64,000 nucleotides of DNA from an uncultured Chloroflexia bacterium (GTDB lineage Bacteria; Chloroflexota; Dehalococcoidia; DSTF01; JALHUB01). The notes under the pieces were generated by a model that saw only the letters and a program-made list of their open reading frames with translations, had not been told where the DNA came from and made no database searches. Position numbers and translations under genes: made by a program. Below, in pieces: positions 63,101 through 64,000 of the stretch (the first letter of the stretch is position 1; each line of letters starts with the position of its first letter). The DNA lies in the NCBI GenBank assembly GCA_963703345.1, contig OY969814.1:2112001-2176000 (forward strand), read 5' to 3'.

Positions 63101-63548
63101 GACGGCGACACCAACCGACACACCGACGGCGACACCAACCGACACGCCGACGGCGACGGATACGCCGACTGAGACGCCAACGGTGACGGATACGCCGACT
63201 GAGACGCCGACGGTGACGGCGACCGCGATCGCCACCGCGACAGCGACAAGCGTGTATCATCGGTCGGCGACGGCCACCAGCACTCCCCTTCCGACGGATA
63301 CGCCGGCGGCCACGGCTACGCCGACCAATGGACGCCAGCCAGCGGCGCCACAGGCACCTGTCGAGGGGCCCGGCTCCGGCCCGCCACCAAACGGAGGTGC
63401 AGCCGGCGCAGGAGTGACGGCGCCGAAGACGGGGGAAGCCGACCCCGCGACCGGTGACAGTGCTTACATAATGGTCGCGGCACTCTTGGGTGCGCTGGCC
63501 GTGGCGCTCACGCTGACCAGTCTCGCCATGCGCAAGCAGAGGTTCTAG
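60123..63548 (+). CDS. Large surface protein: cohesin-like, 2 x SpaA/prealbumin-like, PT linker, cohesin-like, long PT linker, APKTG sorting signal
   Basis: Signal peptide; duplicated 141-aa domain ([11 protein letters not shown]...F.LPYD...LQI...LIDITFQC...G...LQI); [13 protein letters not shown]...TCTITNND x2; APKTG, TM, RKQRF. Confidence 0.85.
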   Translation: MRTRIRLVAGSTAIVALAVLSGLIFAAPTKSGADDAVQFTLDSSSYSAAVGDTFDVKVNLGVLTNNVSLFAFRLPYDHDTLQIISTVPDNPAPCPSGLSDVEILDWDYNGLALRLQCESVDGSADPPLTGTAQLIDITFQCAAAGSTSLQIGAQNAIDADGNNYGATAGPAAGVVCNDAQLTIVKHVVNDDGGEADASDFTMSVTGTNVQPSDSFAGNEDGTTVTLDAGPYSVGETGPSGYSRSDSVDCSGTIALGESKTCTITNNDEPGTLTVIKHVVNDDGGAKVAGDFSFSVNGGDPTFFSQDPEDASLGENSLTEDAGTYSVVEAGVPISGYTTTYDNCADVSIANGETQTCTITNDDTAPTPTGTPTDTPTVTDTPTETPTETPTDTPTVTDTPTETPTETPTDTPTVTDTPTETPTVTDTPTDTPTVTDTPTETPTVTDTPTETPTVTDTPTDTPTVTDTPTDTPTVTDTPTDTPTVTDTPTDTPTVTDTPTETPTETPTAIPTVQFALDSPSYTADVGHTFHVIVSLGDLTNNVSIFDFRLPYNHGILQVVATVPDNPNPCPWLLDDYERLNRDYAGVGLRFQCDNFSGGANPAQSGTVQLIDITFECTAAGSASLQIGSQYAIDGDGIDYGATAGPAADVVCNEAPATDTPTPTDTPTETPTDTPTETPTVTDTPTETPTDTPTVTDTPTETPTDTPTVTDTPTETPTDTPTVTETPTETPTVTDTPTETPTDTPTVTDTPTETPTVTPTDTPTATPTDTPTVTPTDTPTVTDTPTETPTDTPTVTETPTDTPTVTDTPTETPTVTPTDTPTATPTDTPTATPTDTPTVTPTDTPTATDTPTETPTVTDTPTDTPTVTDTPTETPTVTDTPTDTPTVTDTPTETPTDTPTVTDTPTETPTVTPTDTPTATPTDTPTVTPTDTPTVTDTPTETPTVTDTPTETPTVTPTDTPTATPTDTPTATPTQTPTVTDTPTDTPTATPTDTPTATPTDTPTATPTDTPTATDTPTETPTVTDTPTETPTVTATAIATATATSVYHRSATATSTPLPTDTPAATATPTNGRQPAAPQAPVEGPGSGPPPNGGAAGAGVTAPKTGEADPATGDSAYIMVAALLGALAVALTLTSLAMRKQRF
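61217..61640. repeat. Coding tandem repeat of 12/18-bp units ([14 protein letters not shown])
   Basis: Directly visible. Confidence 0.9.
62088..63218. repeat. About 1.1-kb coding tandem repeat of 12/18-bp units
   Basis: Directly visible; about 375 aa of T/P/D/E/V/A. Confidence 0.9.
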
Positions 63549-63601
63549 CGAAGCGGGCTGCTTCGACGATTAGAAAGCCGCGCCGAAAGACGAAAGAAAA
63601 G

Positions 63602-63629
63602 GGAGCCCTTCCAAAACCGGAAGGGCTCC
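63602..63629. terminator. Hairpin after the surface protein gene
   Basis: GGAGCCCTTCC-AAAACC-GGAAGGGCTCC, preceded by an A-run (U-tract on the minus strand). Confidence 0.6.
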
Positions 63630-63740
63630 TAGTCAAGGGAGTACGAAGAGTACGAACGCCTCAATGCCTGGGCGGCGGCAGAACGTGGCGGTGAAGACCC
63701 CAGGGCGCGGGCGCGTCTTGAGCGAAAGGACGGTGTCAAC

Positions 63741-64000
63741 ATGAAGGTACTGGTTACCGGCGGCTGCGGCTTCATCGGTTCGCACACCGTCAACGCCCTG
63801 CTGGAACGCGGTCACGAAGTGCGCATCCTCGACTCGCTGGAGCCACCCGTCCACAACGGCAAACCACCGGACTACCTGCCGCCGGAGGCCGAGTTCATCC
63901 GCGGCAGCGTCACCGATCCGAGGGCCTTGAGAGACGCGCTCGACGGCATCGATGCGGTCTTCCATTTCGCGGATTATCAGGACTGCCCGACCGCCTTCTC
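63741..64000 (+). CDS. NAD-dependent epimerase/dehydratase (runs off the window end)
   Basis: RBS AAAGGA; [31 protein letters not shown]...VFHFA. Confidence 0.88.
   Translation, partial: MKVLVTGGCGFIGSHTVNALLERGHEVRILDSLEPPVHNGKPPDYLPPEAEFIRGSVTDPRALRDALDGIDAVFHFADYQDCPTAF

Noticed and set aside
61217-63218. CRISPR-like or non-coding repeat array
   Set aside because: Units are multiples of 3, lack unique spacers and encode in-frame Thr/Pro linkers. The same applies to 14495-14852 and 17805-18053. No cas genes are present.

Overview
GC-rich bacterial chromosome segment. Gene content points to a monoderm Chloroflexota/Dehalococcoidia-like organism, but this is inference. From left to right: (1) a truncated GT-C-like membrane protein; (2) a secretin-less Flp/Tad pilus operon (flp, tadE, tadG-like, cpaB, cpaE, cpaF, tadB, tadC) extended by a tandem degenerate J-domain/FHA protein and an AAA ATPase; (3) an accessory region with a dead tyrosine recombinase, a tRNA 3' fragment and Pro/Thr-rich secreted proteins, including a papain-like protease with a dockerin-like tail, bracketed by a 27-bp direct repeat; (4) core genes secA, prs and purN; (5) CoA transferases/ligases, an amidase, an ECF sigma fused to an anti-sigma, a liv-type ABC system and other transporters; (6) a nuclease-like/HPRT fusion facing a candidate ~135-nt structured ncRNA; (7) a wzm/wzt glycan locus containing a large, putatively sortase-anchored protein with two cohesin-like domains. 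The best novelty candidates are a non-cellulosomal cohesin-dockerin surface display system, the unannotated ncRNA, a shared sigma-28-like promoter motif upstream of secreted-protein genes, and the direct-repeat-flanked secreted-protein cassette. All domain calls come from motif recognition by eye; no database searches were run.
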